Origin: a virus
Direction: 5' to 3' (one strand)
Length of the DNA stretch: 64,000 bases
IMG/VR virus record: IMGVR_UViG_3300026484_000295
Span: 108,405 to 172,404 of that record
The position numbers and the translations under genes were made by a program. The notes below the pieces were generated by a model. That model did not search any database. It saw nothing but the letters and a program-made list of their open reading frames with translations, and was not told where the DNA came from. Shown piece by piece: positions 11,001 to 20,964 of this stretch (positions are counted from its first letter, which is position 1; every line of letters starts with the position of its first letter).

Positions 11001-14000
11001 ACCATCGAAAATTGTTTTTATACCCTCACCAATTTTACTAAAATTACCCGTAAATATACCAGTAATAATTTGGAAGAAACCATTAATATATTTAAATATA
11101 CCTTTAAAAACATCTCCAACCACACTTAATAAAGGCTGTATTCTATCAAATATCCATCCTATTACTTCACCAACTTTAGAAAAGAATGATCCTAATGCAC
11201 TACCCAACTCGTTAAATGCAGCAGTAATCCCCATTTCATCCATTTTTTTACCTAACCATGAAAAAGCTTCAGCTACTTTGTGAGCCACATGTTGCCCATC
11301 TAACATACCAAATGTTAATGCTTCAAGTGCTCCACCAACAGCTGAAGCTGATTTTTGAGTTAAAGAAGCTCTAGCTTCTAGTTTATTACCATATTCATCT
11401 TCCCATTGACCATTAACAAAAACCGCTTTTCCCGTTTTTGATAATGATTCAGCGTATTTTTTTCCTTCTTCAGTATTTTTCGTTAATAATTCTTTTTGTG
11501 GTTCTAAATCTTTTCCAAACCATTCGGCTGCTTTACCCCAACCTTCCATTCCACCTTGGAGTGCTTTCATTGCGGCTCCAGCAAGAAAAGCAGGACCCAT
11601 CATACCTTTTAAACCGCCACCTATGGTTTTTAAACCACCACCAAGTTTAGTTTTAAAGTTTTTCCAGTTTTTACCTGCTTTTTGCCAAAAGTTACTATTA
11701 TCTTCCATTCCAGGAGGAAGTGCAGGTCCAGCACCCTGACTTCCTGTTTTAAATGACAATTTGATATTTTTAAAGGTATTTCCAATACTTGAACCCACAT
11801 TTGAAAAAACATCTTTTATTTTTCCAATTCCCGAAGATAAAGATTCTTTAAATCCTCCAAAAATATTTGATAATCCGGACACTGCACCTTTTGCAGATTT
11901 ACCAATAAAACCTATTATTTTTAATGAAGATTTACCAATGTTGGTTGCTAAATTTTTCATTGTATTTGGAAAATTCATTAAACCTTTTGTGAATTTACCT
12001 ATACCAATTGCTATACCTTTCGTAACATTCCAACCTGCAGTACCTATTAAATTAGTAGTTTTCATTATACCGGAACCAAGTTTCGATATAGTACCACCGA
12101 TTAAATCAAATGCTCCAGAGCTTTTTAATAGTTTTGCTAAAAATAATCCTCCCATAACCATTGCAATAGTATTAATATTTTCAGTTAAAAACGCTAAAGC
12201 TTTATTTAAATACGGAAGTACATCATTAACCAATTCCATAGTTTTATTTTGAAATGCATATAATGCTGAGGTCGCTTTTTGTTCTATAGTATCTTTAGTA
12301 TTTTCAACCCCTGTACTATTAGCCTTTATTTGTTTTTGTAAATATTTAGGATCTTCGATCGTTTTTTTAACATCATCACCCGTTAAGGCACTACCATCTT
12401 TTTTTGTTAAACCTGCCATAGTTAATTTTTTACCATCTTTAGCTAATTTAATTTGTTCTTTTATTAAATCAGCATTAGAAATTTTAAAAGCATCTTTTTG
12501 GTATTCTGCATATTTTTTAGGGTCATTCTTTTTTAACTCAGCAAGTTGAGTTTCACTCATTTTGGAAATAATCATCATTTGTTTTTTTGTTTCTTCGGCA
12601 TTTTGATCATTCGATATAAGTTGATTTAACATCTTATCATAACTTTCTTTATCAGTAGCACCCATTGAAACTAAAAGTTTATCTAAATCAGCAGTTGATT
12701 TTTCTCCTTTTGAACGAGCTATAAATTCTCTAGTCCCTTCTTTTTGTGCAGCAACGGTAGCTGCAACACCTTGCTGATTTATTTTATTTGCTACTTCAGA
12801 ATCTTTAGCCCAATCTTTATTTTGTTGTAGCATTTGAAGTTTTGCTTTCTCGCTTGCTGTTGCAGTACCATCATTAACTTTTTTAGCTAGGTCAGAATAC
12901 ATAACCTGTTGTGCTTGAACATTAACTTGTTGCATTTGTAAAAATAATTTCTTATCTTTTTCACTTAATCCGTCAAATCCTACAAGAGATGCTTTAGCTG
13001 CTAAATCATTTGCTTCTTTTTGATTCATACCGATAGCGTCTAATCCCTGTTTTAAGAAATCAGCTCCTTTTCCACCCATCTGATTCATCATATTCATATC
13101 TTTAATAGAATCAGCTATAGCTTCTGGGTCTGCAGCAATATTAGACACCTTCTCTAAAGTAGCTTTTATATATTCTTCTGAAAATCCAGCTTGTTTCATA
13201 CCAGAGGCCATTCCACCCATAGTTTTTTCAATTTCTTTAGCAATATCAGCATTCATACCTTTTGTTATCAGTTTTGAATTTTCATGAATAGCTTTAATTT
13301 GTTCAAGAGCATATTTATTACTAACCCCCATAGTTTTCGCAAGTGCTGAAGTTTGTGCAGCTAAATCATCCATCATTCCTGCTGGTGATTGTCCTTCTAA
13401 GACAGTTTTTAGTGAATTAAGTGCTTCCATTTGATTTTCAGCATACTCTTTACCCATAGTACGTTCAGACAATCTTTGTTTTACGGCTACCTTCTCCATT
13501 TCAACACGATTATTATTTAACGAAACATTAAATGTAGTTTGTAAATTATCAGATAGAGCTTTTAATCCAGCCGGATCTATCAAAGAATTAATGTGCATAT
13601 TTTGAAGATCTGAAATCATATTACCACTAGTATCACCCATTGATCTTGATATATCTAATTGATTATGATACATACCTATCGCTTTAGTAGCCATAGCCAT
13701 TGCGGCTCCTAATGCTGCTACTGGTGCACCAACACTACTAATCATTCTTATAAAATCATTACCTACGTTTCTAACTTCACCAAATGATTTCATACCATCA
13801 CCAACATTATCAAATGCGGATGATAAGTGTCCTGCTGCATCACTCACTTTATCTAATTGATTAGAAAATCCTTGTGTACCTTGAGAAAGAATATCAAATT
13901 TAGATTTTGATTTTTGTACGGCTTCATCTAATTTTTTTTGAGATTTTGATTCATTTTTAATATTTTGATTGTCTACTTTTTTTTTGGTTTTACCTTTTAT

Positions 14001-14744
14001 TGCAGGACCCAAATCATTTATAACTTTAGCATTTTCTTCTTGTAATTTTATAACTGTTGATAATGAATCTTGAGTAGATTTTAAATTCTCCGAAGCTTTT
14101 ATAATTTCGGACTTGTCAGCACCATCATTAACTAGACGTTCAATTAGTTTTGTTTGACGTTCAGTTTCTATTTCTAATCGATTTTGTTCAGATATTAGAT
14201 CATCACTTAAAGTATCTATACTATCTATAAAAGAAGAAGTATCACCATTAAAAGTGATATTACTACCATCTACATTATAAATATTTTCAATATTTTCTTT
14301 CAAACCATCATCAATCAAACTATCAAGTGTAAACGAATTATCACCCAATGAAATATTATTTGTATTTTCTGATTTCTCTTTAGATTTACCCAAATTTGCA
14401 ACATATGAACCCAACATTTCTTTTGCTTCATTACTATTTGAATTCTTACGTTCTTCAGCAATCTCTTTAATAAATGCAGCAAACTTTTCATCATCTTGAT
14501 CATTAGTAAAATCATGAGTAACTGAATTTAATTCTTTTTTTAATTCATCTGCAAAATTTTCTTCTAATTGATTTAGCCTGTTAATAATCTCAGTTGGATT
14601 AATATCATCATTAAGAAAATCATCTCGTAAATTTATTTTTTCACTTGATTGACCAGATAATTTTTCAACAAGTGTATAGAGCTTTGACATTTTCTCCGAT
14701 GCATTTTTATAATCAATTATTTGACTACCTTTATTAAATTCCAT
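8079..14744 (-). CDS. Tape measure protein (2221 aa)
   Basis: Long helical Ala/Gly/Lys-rich protein with periodic W/F amphipathic repeats (IFxGxxDLVTAPF) and two C-terminal A.GG....G.H..E.VIP motifs. Confidence 0.8.
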   Translation of the reverse strand: MEFNKGSQIIDYKNASEKMSKLYTLVEKLSGQSSEKINLRDDFLNDDINPTEIINRLNQLEENFADELKKELNSVTHDFTNDQDDEKFAAFIKEIAEERKNSNSNEAKEMLGSYVANLGKSKEKSENTNNISLGDNSFTLDSLIDDGLKENIENIYNVDGSNITFNGDTSSFIDSIDTLSDDLISEQNRLEIETERQTKLIERLVNDGADKSEIIKASENLKSTQDSLSTVIKLQEENAKVINDLGPAIKGKTKKKVDNQNIKNESKSQKKLDEAVQKSKSKFDILSQGTQGFSNQLDKVSDAAGHLSSAFDNVGDGMKSFGEVRNVGNDFIRMISSVGAPVAALGAAMAMATKAIGMYHNQLDISRSMGDTSGNMISDLQNMHINSLIDPAGLKALSDNLQTTFNVSLNNNRVEMEKVAVKQRLSERTMGKEYAENQMEALNSLKTVLEGQSPAGMMDDLAAQTSALAKTMGVSNKYALEQIKAIHENSKLITKGMNADIAKEIEKTMGGMASGMKQAGFSEEYIKATLEKVSNIAADPEAIADSIKDMNMMNQMGGKGADFLKQGLDAIGMNQKEANDLAAKASLVGFDGLSEKDKKLFLQMQQVNVQAQQVMYSDLAKKVNDGTATASEKAKLQMLQQNKDWAKDSEVANKINQQGVAATVAAQKEGTREFIARSKGEKSTADLDKLLVSMGATDKESYDKMLNQLISNDQNAEETKKQMMIISKMSETQLAELKKNDPKKYAEYQKDAFKISNADLIKEQIKLAKDGKKLTMAGLTKKDGSALTGDDVKKTIEDPKYLQKQIKANSTGVENTKDTIEQKATSALYAFQNKTMELVNDVLPYLNKALAFLTENINTIAMVMGGLFLAKLLKSSGAFDLIGGTISKLGSGIMKTTNLIGTAGWNVTKGIAIGIGKFTKGLMNFPNTMKNLATNIGKSSLKIIGFIGKSAKGAVSGLSNIFGGFKESLSSGIGKIKDVFSNVGSSIGNTFKNIKLSFKTGSQGAGPALPPGMEDNSNFWQKAGKNWKNFKTKLGGGLKTIGGGLKGMMGPAFLAGAAMKALQGGMEGWGKAAEWFGKDLEPQKELLTKNTEEGKKYAESLSKTGKAVFVNGQWEDEYGNKLEARASLTQKSASAVGGALEALTFGMLDGQHVAHKVAEAFSWLGKKMDEMGITAAFNELGSALGSFFSKVGEVIGWIFDRIQPLLSVVGDVFKGIFKYINGFFQIITGIFTGNFSKIGEGIKTIFDGFLDIITIPLKAVLGFVDSIFGTDMLGTFRNSFTAIKNIFGTFYELITAPFKSITSFFKGEISFDTMVKDIFTNVKNAISGALNGIVDLVRKPFDWIFGLVDEYFGTNFTNVFNSFVNAIKGYFNNIVNAVSNILGGFIDIVKAPFLAISAWISSDLSFIDAVKQIFNGVKNGVISLFNGFTDLVTAPFKFIIDYVDGIFGTDIMSTFQGIVDGVKNIFGGFIDLVTAPFQAVVDYFNDPDMSLLEMFKNMFNGIVDAGKKIFDGLYDVVAKPIGNAINWLLSMIPGMGPDSEEEKSSADLEEKGYWVDDYGYNTLNTTKVQEGLNSGEIGLKELKAMKSESGLEGKYEDELDRLIKALENGADAKTIKVEAKAKGGYTGDTVNKALTQLIDPTGSAEPNGIAGVHGPGEFVIPANTVDSFYKLLDFSTSNNKTLSKKESKKTETNVFSKITDSIKGFISAPVDSVKGAVSNAYDKIIPSNKPENSNKLTEIKERNNQKEIISKQKQIADEQVKKTTKEGIDDKQANTMVNTLDDVKNILKDKLGILATGLGATATSFFGGQVDIGKSVMDGITNVFNGKSTITEALTNIGGTASQSLQNLAQNVTSLLPTSVQNIVQNVGSSIKDVGTSLNTNIAGVLNGDTSIGDALTNVTSSLTNILPKTLTNTIGDISTTLSSAGDLVSTNIAGVLNGDTSIGDALTNVTGALTSNLSKTFSSFTAEGGPLDSVMDAFDGDGSITETFKNITGSMGESLTGALGSFDFGNIMDNLGGTLGGLLGGGGSSGGGSSGGGSSVVVDTISSVASSVGNFFGFAEGGKTPSAPDPILETLTGMKGAAGIVHTNEKVIPESLVSIFDQLVMSNSSEASKPTSGIISGTSTSGINTSPKLNNVSTQDYNNSSSSTTINNEKTEPSTLLNVEKLLEQMLQVQNQQLGHLNNTSKEFTKQNKIAQKSYKRDVDSSDNIRQRDISKAQYR
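8626..8670. repeat. 3 x 15-bp tandem repeat (Gly/Ser linker GGGSS) in the tape measure gene
   Basis: CTAGATCCACCTCCA at 8626, 8641 and 8656. Confidence 0.9.
8892..9107. repeat. Identical 63-bp direct repeat in the tape measure gene (8892-8954, 9045-9107)
   Basis: Both copies encode TNIAGVLNGDTSIGDALTNVT; 153-bp (51-aa) spacing. Confidence 0.9.
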
Positions 14745-14745
14745 A

Positions 14746-15228
14746 TTATTTTAATAACTCCATTCTTAATGATTCTATGGATTCACTTATAATATCATCA
14801 TCTAAATCTCGTAATGATGGATTATTTCTTAAAAGTCTTACAATATTAGCTTTATTCCATAATTTATTATTTCTTCTATTCATTCGCATATTTCTTTTTT
14901 CTGAAAAAATATCAAATGGTATATCAATATAATTTAAAGTATCTTTATAAAAACGTACAAAAGTAAAATCAATATTACAACCTTTTGTAGCTTTCTTTTC
15001 TGCTTCATCAAGAATCTTTTTAATTTTTGAAATATTTCGCATAAAAACATATTTAAAAAATGATCGATATGAAGTATGACCTTTGTAATAATATATTGAC
15101 ATCAGTTCATATTCAATTTTGTTCAGTTTCGATTTCACTAAACATGTTTTAATTTCTTTACCATATGAATCATCAGTTACATTATTACGTTTTTTTAATA
15201 GTGATGATAAACTTCCGAATAAACTCAT
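14746..15228 (-). CDS. Hypothetical basic protein, directly upstream of the tape measure gene
   Basis: 160-aa ORF with AGGA RBS and AATAAATA upstream; ends 1 bp before the tape measure start. Confidence 0.6.
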   Translation of the reverse strand: MSLFGSLSSLLKKRNNVTDDSYGKEIKTCLVKSKLNKIEYELMSIYYYKGHTSYRSFFKYVFMRNISKIKKILDEAEKKATKGCNIDFTFVRFYKDTLNYIDIPFDIFSEKRNMRMNRRNNKLWNKANIVRLLRNNPSLRDLDDDIISESIESLRMELLK

Positions 15229-15286
15229 ATAAAATCCTTTTATTTAATATAACTATTTATTCATTTTTTTTATTTTTTTCTTTAAA

Positions 15287-15961
15287 TTAAGTATTTTGTA
15301 ATCTAATATTACGTTTATCAATTTCTAAATAACTCAACCATCGCTTATAAGAAACTTCTTCAATAACTTTTATTTCTTCAGCTTTATAATTTCTATATGC
15401 TAATGAAAGTTCTGGAATGATTTTTCTAACCATTTCGATTGTTAAAATTGGCATTTTTCCACTTTTTATTCGTGGTCCATTAATTTTTAAAATTTGTTTA
15501 ACAAAGAATTCACGAAATACCGGTATTAAATAATGTAAGTTAATAGCATTAAAATTTTGAAACTTACTATCATAGGAATTTAGAAAAATTACTAATGGGA
15601 ATGGATCATGTTGATAATTTTTATATTTTATCTGATACATTTGTCCTAATTTTATTCCTCGTACAATTTTAATATGATTAGTTTTCCAAACGGCACTATC
15701 TTTATAATCAGTAACTAGATCTAATATCGAATCTAATAATAATTTTGTATTATTTTTATATTTTCTTTTTAGTATTTCGTATTCTTTTAAGTCATATTTT
15801 GTTTTATATGAAAAATAGTTCATAAATTGATCTCTAATATCTGGAGTCATATTTTTTAAAAATTTATAATGTAATGGAAGAGTTTTATCGGTAGTGGATA
15901 ATAATTTATCAAATAATTTTTTAAGTTTTCTATCAATTTTGGGTTTAATTCTAATTATCAT
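15287..15961 (-). CDS. gp2: DNA end protector protein, gp2-like
   Basis: G.MY...Y......D.FPLVI.L and INLHYL.P..R..F motifs, plus YRNY. Confidence 0.8.
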   Translation of the reverse strand: MIIRIKPKIDRKLKKLFDKLLSTTDKTLPLHYKFLKNMTPDIRDQFMNYFSYKTKYDLKEYEILKRKYKNNTKLLLDSILDLVTDYKDSAVWKTNHIKIVRGIKLGQMYQIKYKNYQHDPFPLVIFLNSYDSKFQNFNAINLHYLIPVFREFFVKQILKINGPRIKSGKMPILTIEMVRKIIPELSLAYRNYKAEEIKVIEEVSYKRWLSYLEIDKRNIRLQNT

Positions 15962-16003
15962 AAATTCACCTTTTAATTTTATTTATGATAATTAGAATTA
16001 AAA

Positions 16004-16031
16004 TTTAATAGGGTATTCAAACCCTATTAAA
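16004..16031 (-). terminator. Intrinsic terminator
   Basis: TTTAATAGGGT-attcaa-ACCCTATTAAA just after the 16037 ORF. Confidence 0.7.
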
Positions 16032-16036
16032 AATAA

Positions 16037-17068
16037 TTATTTAAGTATTTTACTACTAGCCTTCATATGTTTACCTTTGTTTCTCATATGTTTAAGAATA
16101 CCAGGTATCAAAACAAATTGTAAATATTCATCTGAATATGCTTTACCCGTAGCTTGTTTATGAGCTTTTGCTGCTTTCTTAACATGTTTTCTTAATTTAC
16201 CAGTTAATTTATCCATTGATAAATCTTTGATATCTTCCCCACCATGTAATTTTGGATTTTTCATATAATATTTTTTTGCATCTTTAGCTTTTTTCTGCGC
16301 ACATTGAACATCACCAGGCTTACATCTAGTAAGTTTTTTCTCAATTAAAACTGTTGCACCTTTAGCTTTTCTTAATAAATTAGCTCCATCTTCATCTTCT
16401 GCTTCTGCTAATATTTCTTCATTAACTTGTGCCATTTCTTCTAATAAATCTTCTGTATCTTCATAATCATCTAAAAATTCCATTAATGATTCACCCTCAT
16501 AATCTTCAGAATCAAAGTCAATTACACCTTCATTTATAGCTTTTTCTAATTTATTAGAAATTTCTTCTACTGTTTCTACTAAATCCATAGTTTCAACAGA
16601 ATCATCAAGATCTAAATCTTTTGCAGCTTCTACAATATCAAATACCATTTCAGCTGGTAATGATTCAACTGTTTCTTCTCCTAACATCTCTGTTAATTTA
16701 TTTGTTACGATTGATAAAAGTGTTACTGATGCTGTTTCATCTTCTTCTAAAAATTCTATATCAATATTTTCAATATTATCTAGTGCTTCTTCAATTATTA
16801 ATTCTGGCTTAGAAGCATTTTTTCTAGCAGATTCTAAAATAATATTTAAAATTTTTGAACCATCAACTGTTTCAGCTATAATTTTAGCATTTTCATCTGT
16901 TTGTGTTTCTACAAATTCAACCAAGTAATCTAAATGATGTACTATATCAAATTCAATATCAGTCCCTTCTTCTAGAATTGTTTCAATAAGATCTAACTTG
17001 GATTCTGATAATGTTCCTAATTTTGACTCAATGTCTTCAACGATTTCAACGATTTCAACAAACTTCAT
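16037..17068 (-). CDS. Hypothetical late protein, probable internal head/prohead core protein
   Basis: Acidic N-terminal two thirds rich in (I/L/V)xE sites and a Lys-rich C-terminus; TATAAATA at 17102-17109. Confidence 0.55.
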   Translation of the reverse strand: MKFVEIVEIVEDIESKLGTLSESKLDLIETILEEGTDIEFDIVHHLDYLVEFVETQTDENAKIIAETVDGSKILNIILESARKNASKPELIIEEALDNIENIDIEFLEEDETASVTLLSIVTNKLTEMLGEETVESLPAEMVFDIVEAAKDLDLDDSVETMDLVETVEEISNKLEKAINEGVIDFDSEDYEGESLMEFLDDYEDTEDLLEEMAQVNEEILAEAEDEDGANLLRKAKGATVLIEKKLTRCKPGDVQCAQKKAKDAKKYYMKNPKLHGGEDIKDLSMDKLTGKLRKHVKKAAKAHKQATGKAYSDEYLQFVLIPGILKHMRNKGKHMKASSKILK

Positions 17069-17218
17069 ATTTCTTTCTCCTATTTTCGGTTAATCTATTT
17101 TTATTTATACACTATTAACCATATTTTTTATTTATTTATTACATTTTTTTAAAAATCATAGATTTTTACTAATAAATAAAATAAATCTATAAATTATATA
17201 GAAAAAAGGAGATTTTTT

Positions 17219-18001
17219 ATGAGTGTTATCAATCCACTATTACAAAGCCAAGAGCCAACATATTATGATACAGAATTACCATCACACGGTATCCCATATG
17301 AGGATATTGAAGAAATATTTGAACCGGGAACTATTCACGATGGTATTGTTCAAGTTAGAGCATTAACCACTAAAGATGAACTTATTTGGACAGATCAAAA
17401 ATTAGTTGAAGATTTAAAAGCCCCAATAATCATTTTAAAAAATACAGTTTTAGGATTAAAAAAACCAGAATTATTAATTCGGGCTGATGTTGAAGCTTTA
17501 TTACTTCAAGCAAGGGTACTGACATATGGTAAAATGACAAAAGTTAGTTGGACTTGTTCGGAATGTTCAAATACCAATGAAATTACAGTAGACTATACAA
17601 AACTACCTATCAAAAAATTAAATTCATTCGATGAACTTATGTTAAAATTTAAAAATTATGAAATATTTATGATACCTATCGTATTTAAAGAAGCCGTAGA
17701 AATACAAAAAGTTAATGATAATGATATAGCCGAACAATTAGATAAAATTGTTAGTTGTATTCAACGAGTAAATGTAATCGATCAATCGGGTGAAAAACAA
17801 ACCGTTCAAGATAAACAATTTATAGCTCAATGGGTAGAACAAGTAAATCCTAAAGATTTTAAATATATTATTGACCATTTTACTGAAGTTAATAAAATTG
17901 GTACTGTATTAGATTTAGACGTTAAATGTGCACATTGCGCTTATAAAGAAAAAACTGATGTCGTGGTGGATATAACCAATTTTTTCTCCGAAGAGGATTG
18001 A
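17219..18001 (+). CDS. gp26: Baseplate hub assembly protein, gp26-like
   Basis: LPS.G..Y, VRALT..DE, D.EALL...R..TYG, two CxxC pairs and a C-terminal NFF. Confidence 0.85.
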   Translation: MSVINPLLQSQEPTYYDTELPSHGIPYEDIEEIFEPGTIHDGIVQVRALTTKDELIWTDQKLVEDLKAPIIILKNTVLGLKKPELLIRADVEALLLQARVLTYGKMTKVSWTCSECSNTNEITVDYTKLPIKKLNSFDELMLKFKNYEIFMIPIVFKEAVEIQKVNDNDIAEQLDKIVSCIQRVNVIDQSGEKQTVQDKQFIAQWVEQVNPKDFKYIIDHFTEVNKIGTVLDLDVKCAHCAYKEKTDVVVDITNFFSEED

Positions 18002-18216
18002 AAAACTTCACAGAACATGATGTTATTCCAATCCTCAAATCATTAAAAATACAACAAGATAATATTTTATTTGAAATTTGGGCATTAAATTATCATATGA
18101 ATACTCAACGTAGTGAAACTATGTTGATGACACCTGACGAACGAAAATTTTGGATTGAAGAGTTGATTAAACAACGTGAAAAAGAAAATGAGGAGATTAA
18201 AAAATCTTCTAAATAG
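17998..18216 (+). CDS. gp51: gp51-like C-terminal domain, probably made by -1 frameshift from the gp26-like ORF
   Basis: EI..L.YHM.....E...M.P.ERK.WI..L motif. The only upstream start is TTG, and the slippery site T TTT TTC at 17980-17986 leads into this frame. Confidence 0.7.
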   Translation: MKNFTEHDVIPILKSLKIQQDNILFEIWALNYHMNTQRSETMLMTPDERKFWIEELIKQREKENEEIKKSSK

Positions 18217-18218
18217 TA

Positions 18219-18244
18219 CAACCAAAGAATTTAATCTTTGGTTG
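18219..18244. terminator. Hairpin between convergent gp51-like and sheath genes
   Basis: CAACCAAAGA-6nt-TCTTTGGTTG. Confidence 0.7.
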
Positions 18245-18258
18245 GTATGTTAATCATA

Positions 18259-20826
18259 TTAGCTAACTGATATAGGAATTATAAGGTGTTCCATATAAGG
18301 ACTCGGTTTAATTGCTACTAAAGCATTAAGTTTAGATTGTGCTAATACAATCGGTGGATTATATTCTTCCGTTACACTTGCTTCTGCTTCTGCTAAACAA
18401 CTATTAACAACATACGTATTTAAATATGATTGGAAATCATTTTGAATTCTATCCCATAATGCAGGAATACTTAAATCAAATAAATAATTTTTACCAGCCA
18501 TTGTTAAATCTCTTACAATTTGTTCAATCATAAGCATTGTTCCCACTTTTTGCATAGGGGATGTTTTATTATAAGTTGTTTTTTGTCCCATAATATGAAT
18601 ACCTGTTGTTAGACCTTTAGTAATTGGATTGATACCCATTCCATAAAGTCTGTCTCTCATTACTTGTGATAATTTAATATCTTTAGAAACAGCTACAGCA
18701 TCATAGATTACACCTCTTACTGTTCCTGCAGGAGCATCACAGATTTTACCATTATTAAGTGTTAATGCCATAGATTGTAATGCAGAACCACTTGGTGGTA
18801 CAGCTACAACTTTTTTAGTCATAGTATCTAATTTCATAACCCATGGGTAATAAATAGACTCAAATTTAGAATTATGATTGCCACTAATTCTCCAATTAAT
18901 AACTGCTTGAGCTGTTAAATCTGGAGTATCAATAACACAATGGAAATCTCTTCTGCTTTCAGCTAATGAAACCATTTCACCACTAACAGCGCCATATTGT
19001 GAAAAATAAGGGCACGCTAATGCTTTATAAGCAAATTCTTCAAAGTTTTGAACAGCCCATACACCCGTTTGATGAGCAACAGATCCAGCAATATACGGTA
19101 TCAATTTTTCATCATTTTTATAATCATCTTCCGTAAACATATCAGCTCCACCCATTAATTGGACTGGTTTTTCACTTCCTGTATCTGGATCTATATCATT
19201 AACTGGATGTGTTAAACCGTTTGCTGGATCTACTGGAGTAGCAATACTAATAAGTACATTTTTAAATGTTAATTGATCAGCTTTATATGATACTGATACA
19301 CCATTTTCAATTTCAACTATATCCGAACCACGCTCTTCATAGATATGAATATTAACTTCATCAATTGAAACATCATAATCAACAGAAACTTGATAGTTAT
19401 TACCCCATTCACCTGGAGAAATAGCATCAACTCTAAACGCTTGATTTGCTGGATCTTTCTTAATATTATTCATTTTTTCAATAATTTCAGCAAGTTTTTC
19501 AGCTGCATTAGCAAATTGTACAACAACATTATAATTTCTACCTGTACCTTCTATTGCTGGCAATGTAGCAGGGCCATCTGATACTTGCGGACAATCTTTC
19601 TTAAATAATTCTCCTAATAAGAAAATATCTTCATCCGAATTTAAGAAATAATTATGTGTTGTAACGTCTCCACCTAAAGGCATAACATAATTTCTAATTT
19701 CACCAACTGTAAAATCTCTCTCTACACCATCAATATCTCTTAATGTGATAATAGTTGAATCACCAAGCGCCATGTTAGTTATTATAGGATATGCTGTTGC
19801 ATATGCTACGGAACCATTAGAACAATCTACATTGTTATAAGTACCCCAATCTATCAATTTATCCGAATAAACCACTTGTTTCATAGTGTCTAGAGTTAAT
19901 CCTGAAAGTACTAAAATACCATTATCACGCGCATATTTTTGTACATTTATTGGTAATTGCACATATTCATTTTTTGCCATTGTATAGTTATCTGATTCTT
20001 CTCTAAATTCTGCTCTAGCTGCATCATATTTTTTGAAACCTGCTAAATTGAATATTGGTGCCCAAGCCGATTCTATAGCATTCGATCCACCTGCAAAATT
20101 AACAGTCGCTTTAAGTTTTTCTATCAAAATAGTTGATGTGAATGGCTCTCTCTCAAATATAAACATGAAATCTTCAGTTTCATTACCATTTACCAATTCA
20201 TTAAATTGTTTAACACATTCATCAGACACTGGATTATACAAATATTCACCAAAATGATTAACTTGGTCTGCATCATCAATAGCAGTATATACTCTTTGTG
20301 TTGCAAAATCTATATTAAATCTATTTTTTCCAGGAACTGGAATAAATTCTGGATATGGACTTGTTTCAGTTTCAGCCCATTCTTCAGGAGTTAAAGGGTT
20401 CTTCATTTCTATAAGAACTTGCATTGTAACCACACCATCAAAATTTATAGGGTTTATATCTTGAAAAACAGCTCTTAATGAATTACCAAATTCACCACTT
20501 GTTTTATACCTAACTGTTAATAATGGTTTAGCATCTCTGGCTTTGATTGTTGTTTCAGCAAAACCCGGAGTGTCTGCTCCTGCTCTAATTATCCATGCAG
20601 CAGAACCTTGTTTAAAAAATTCATAAGCTGCAAACATACCATATTGTTTTTTTGAAAGATCTGCTTCTCCAAAAATTTGTAAAGCTTCTTGAGCTGAACC
20701 ACATAAATACGGTTGATTAACCGGTCCTTTACTTGCAAATGTTACGATTGTTGGAATAAATGATGAGTCTCCACCAGGATATGATGGCGAATTATCAATT
20801 AATTTTGTTTCTACACCTACTAACAT
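18259..20826 (-). CDS. gp18: Tail sheath protein, gp18-like (855 aa)
   Basis: N-terminal A.KGPVN.P......FG; PGEWGN; R.D...ID.P, YYPWV, VPPSG, APAG..RG, D.LY..GINPI and GQKT motifs; TATAAATA at 20877-20884. Confidence 0.93.
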   Translation of the reverse strand: MLVGVETKLIDNSPSYPGGDSSFIPTIVTFASKGPVNQPYLCGSAQEALQIFGEADLSKKQYGMFAAYEFFKQGSAAWIIRAGADTPGFAETTIKARDAKPLLTVRYKTSGEFGNSLRAVFQDINPINFDGVVTMQVLIEMKNPLTPEEWAETETSPYPEFIPVPGKNRFNIDFATQRVYTAIDDADQVNHFGEYLYNPVSDECVKQFNELVNGNETEDFMFIFEREPFTSTILIEKLKATVNFAGGSNAIESAWAPIFNLAGFKKYDAARAEFREESDNYTMAKNEYVQLPINVQKYARDNGILVLSGLTLDTMKQVVYSDKLIDWGTYNNVDCSNGSVAYATAYPIITNMALGDSTIITLRDIDGVERDFTVGEIRNYVMPLGGDVTTHNYFLNSDEDIFLLGELFKKDCPQVSDGPATLPAIEGTGRNYNVVVQFANAAEKLAEIIEKMNNIKKDPANQAFRVDAISPGEWGNNYQVSVDYDVSIDEVNIHIYEERGSDIVEIENGVSVSYKADQLTFKNVLISIATPVDPANGLTHPVNDIDPDTGSEKPVQLMGGADMFTEDDYKNDEKLIPYIAGSVAHQTGVWAVQNFEEFAYKALACPYFSQYGAVSGEMVSLAESRRDFHCVIDTPDLTAQAVINWRISGNHNSKFESIYYPWVMKLDTMTKKVVAVPPSGSALQSMALTLNNGKICDAPAGTVRGVIYDAVAVSKDIKLSQVMRDRLYGMGINPITKGLTTGIHIMGQKTTYNKTSPMQKVGTMLMIEQIVRDLTMAGKNYLFDLSIPALWDRIQNDFQSYLNTYVVNSCLAEAEASVTEEYNPPIVLAQSKLNALVAIKPSPYMEHLIIPISVS

Positions 20827-20964
20827 ATATTTCTCCTTATTTTAAAGATTAAAATCTTTTTATTTTATTTCAATTTTATTTATATAATGTGAGAAAAAAT
20901 ATACCAATTTATAAATTTATTTTTTTGAGAAAAAGTTTTATGTTATAAATAGTGAGTTTGGATA

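Noticed and set aside
8791-14515. Short ORFs inside the tape measure gene (and similar ones inside gp22, gp18, rep, the fibre gene and the AAA gene)
   Set aside because: Antisense or off-frame shadows with no recognisable motifs or RBS.
2085-20826. Headless contractile injection system or tailocin
   Set aside because: Capsid, scaffold, protease, portal and neck genes are all present and intact.
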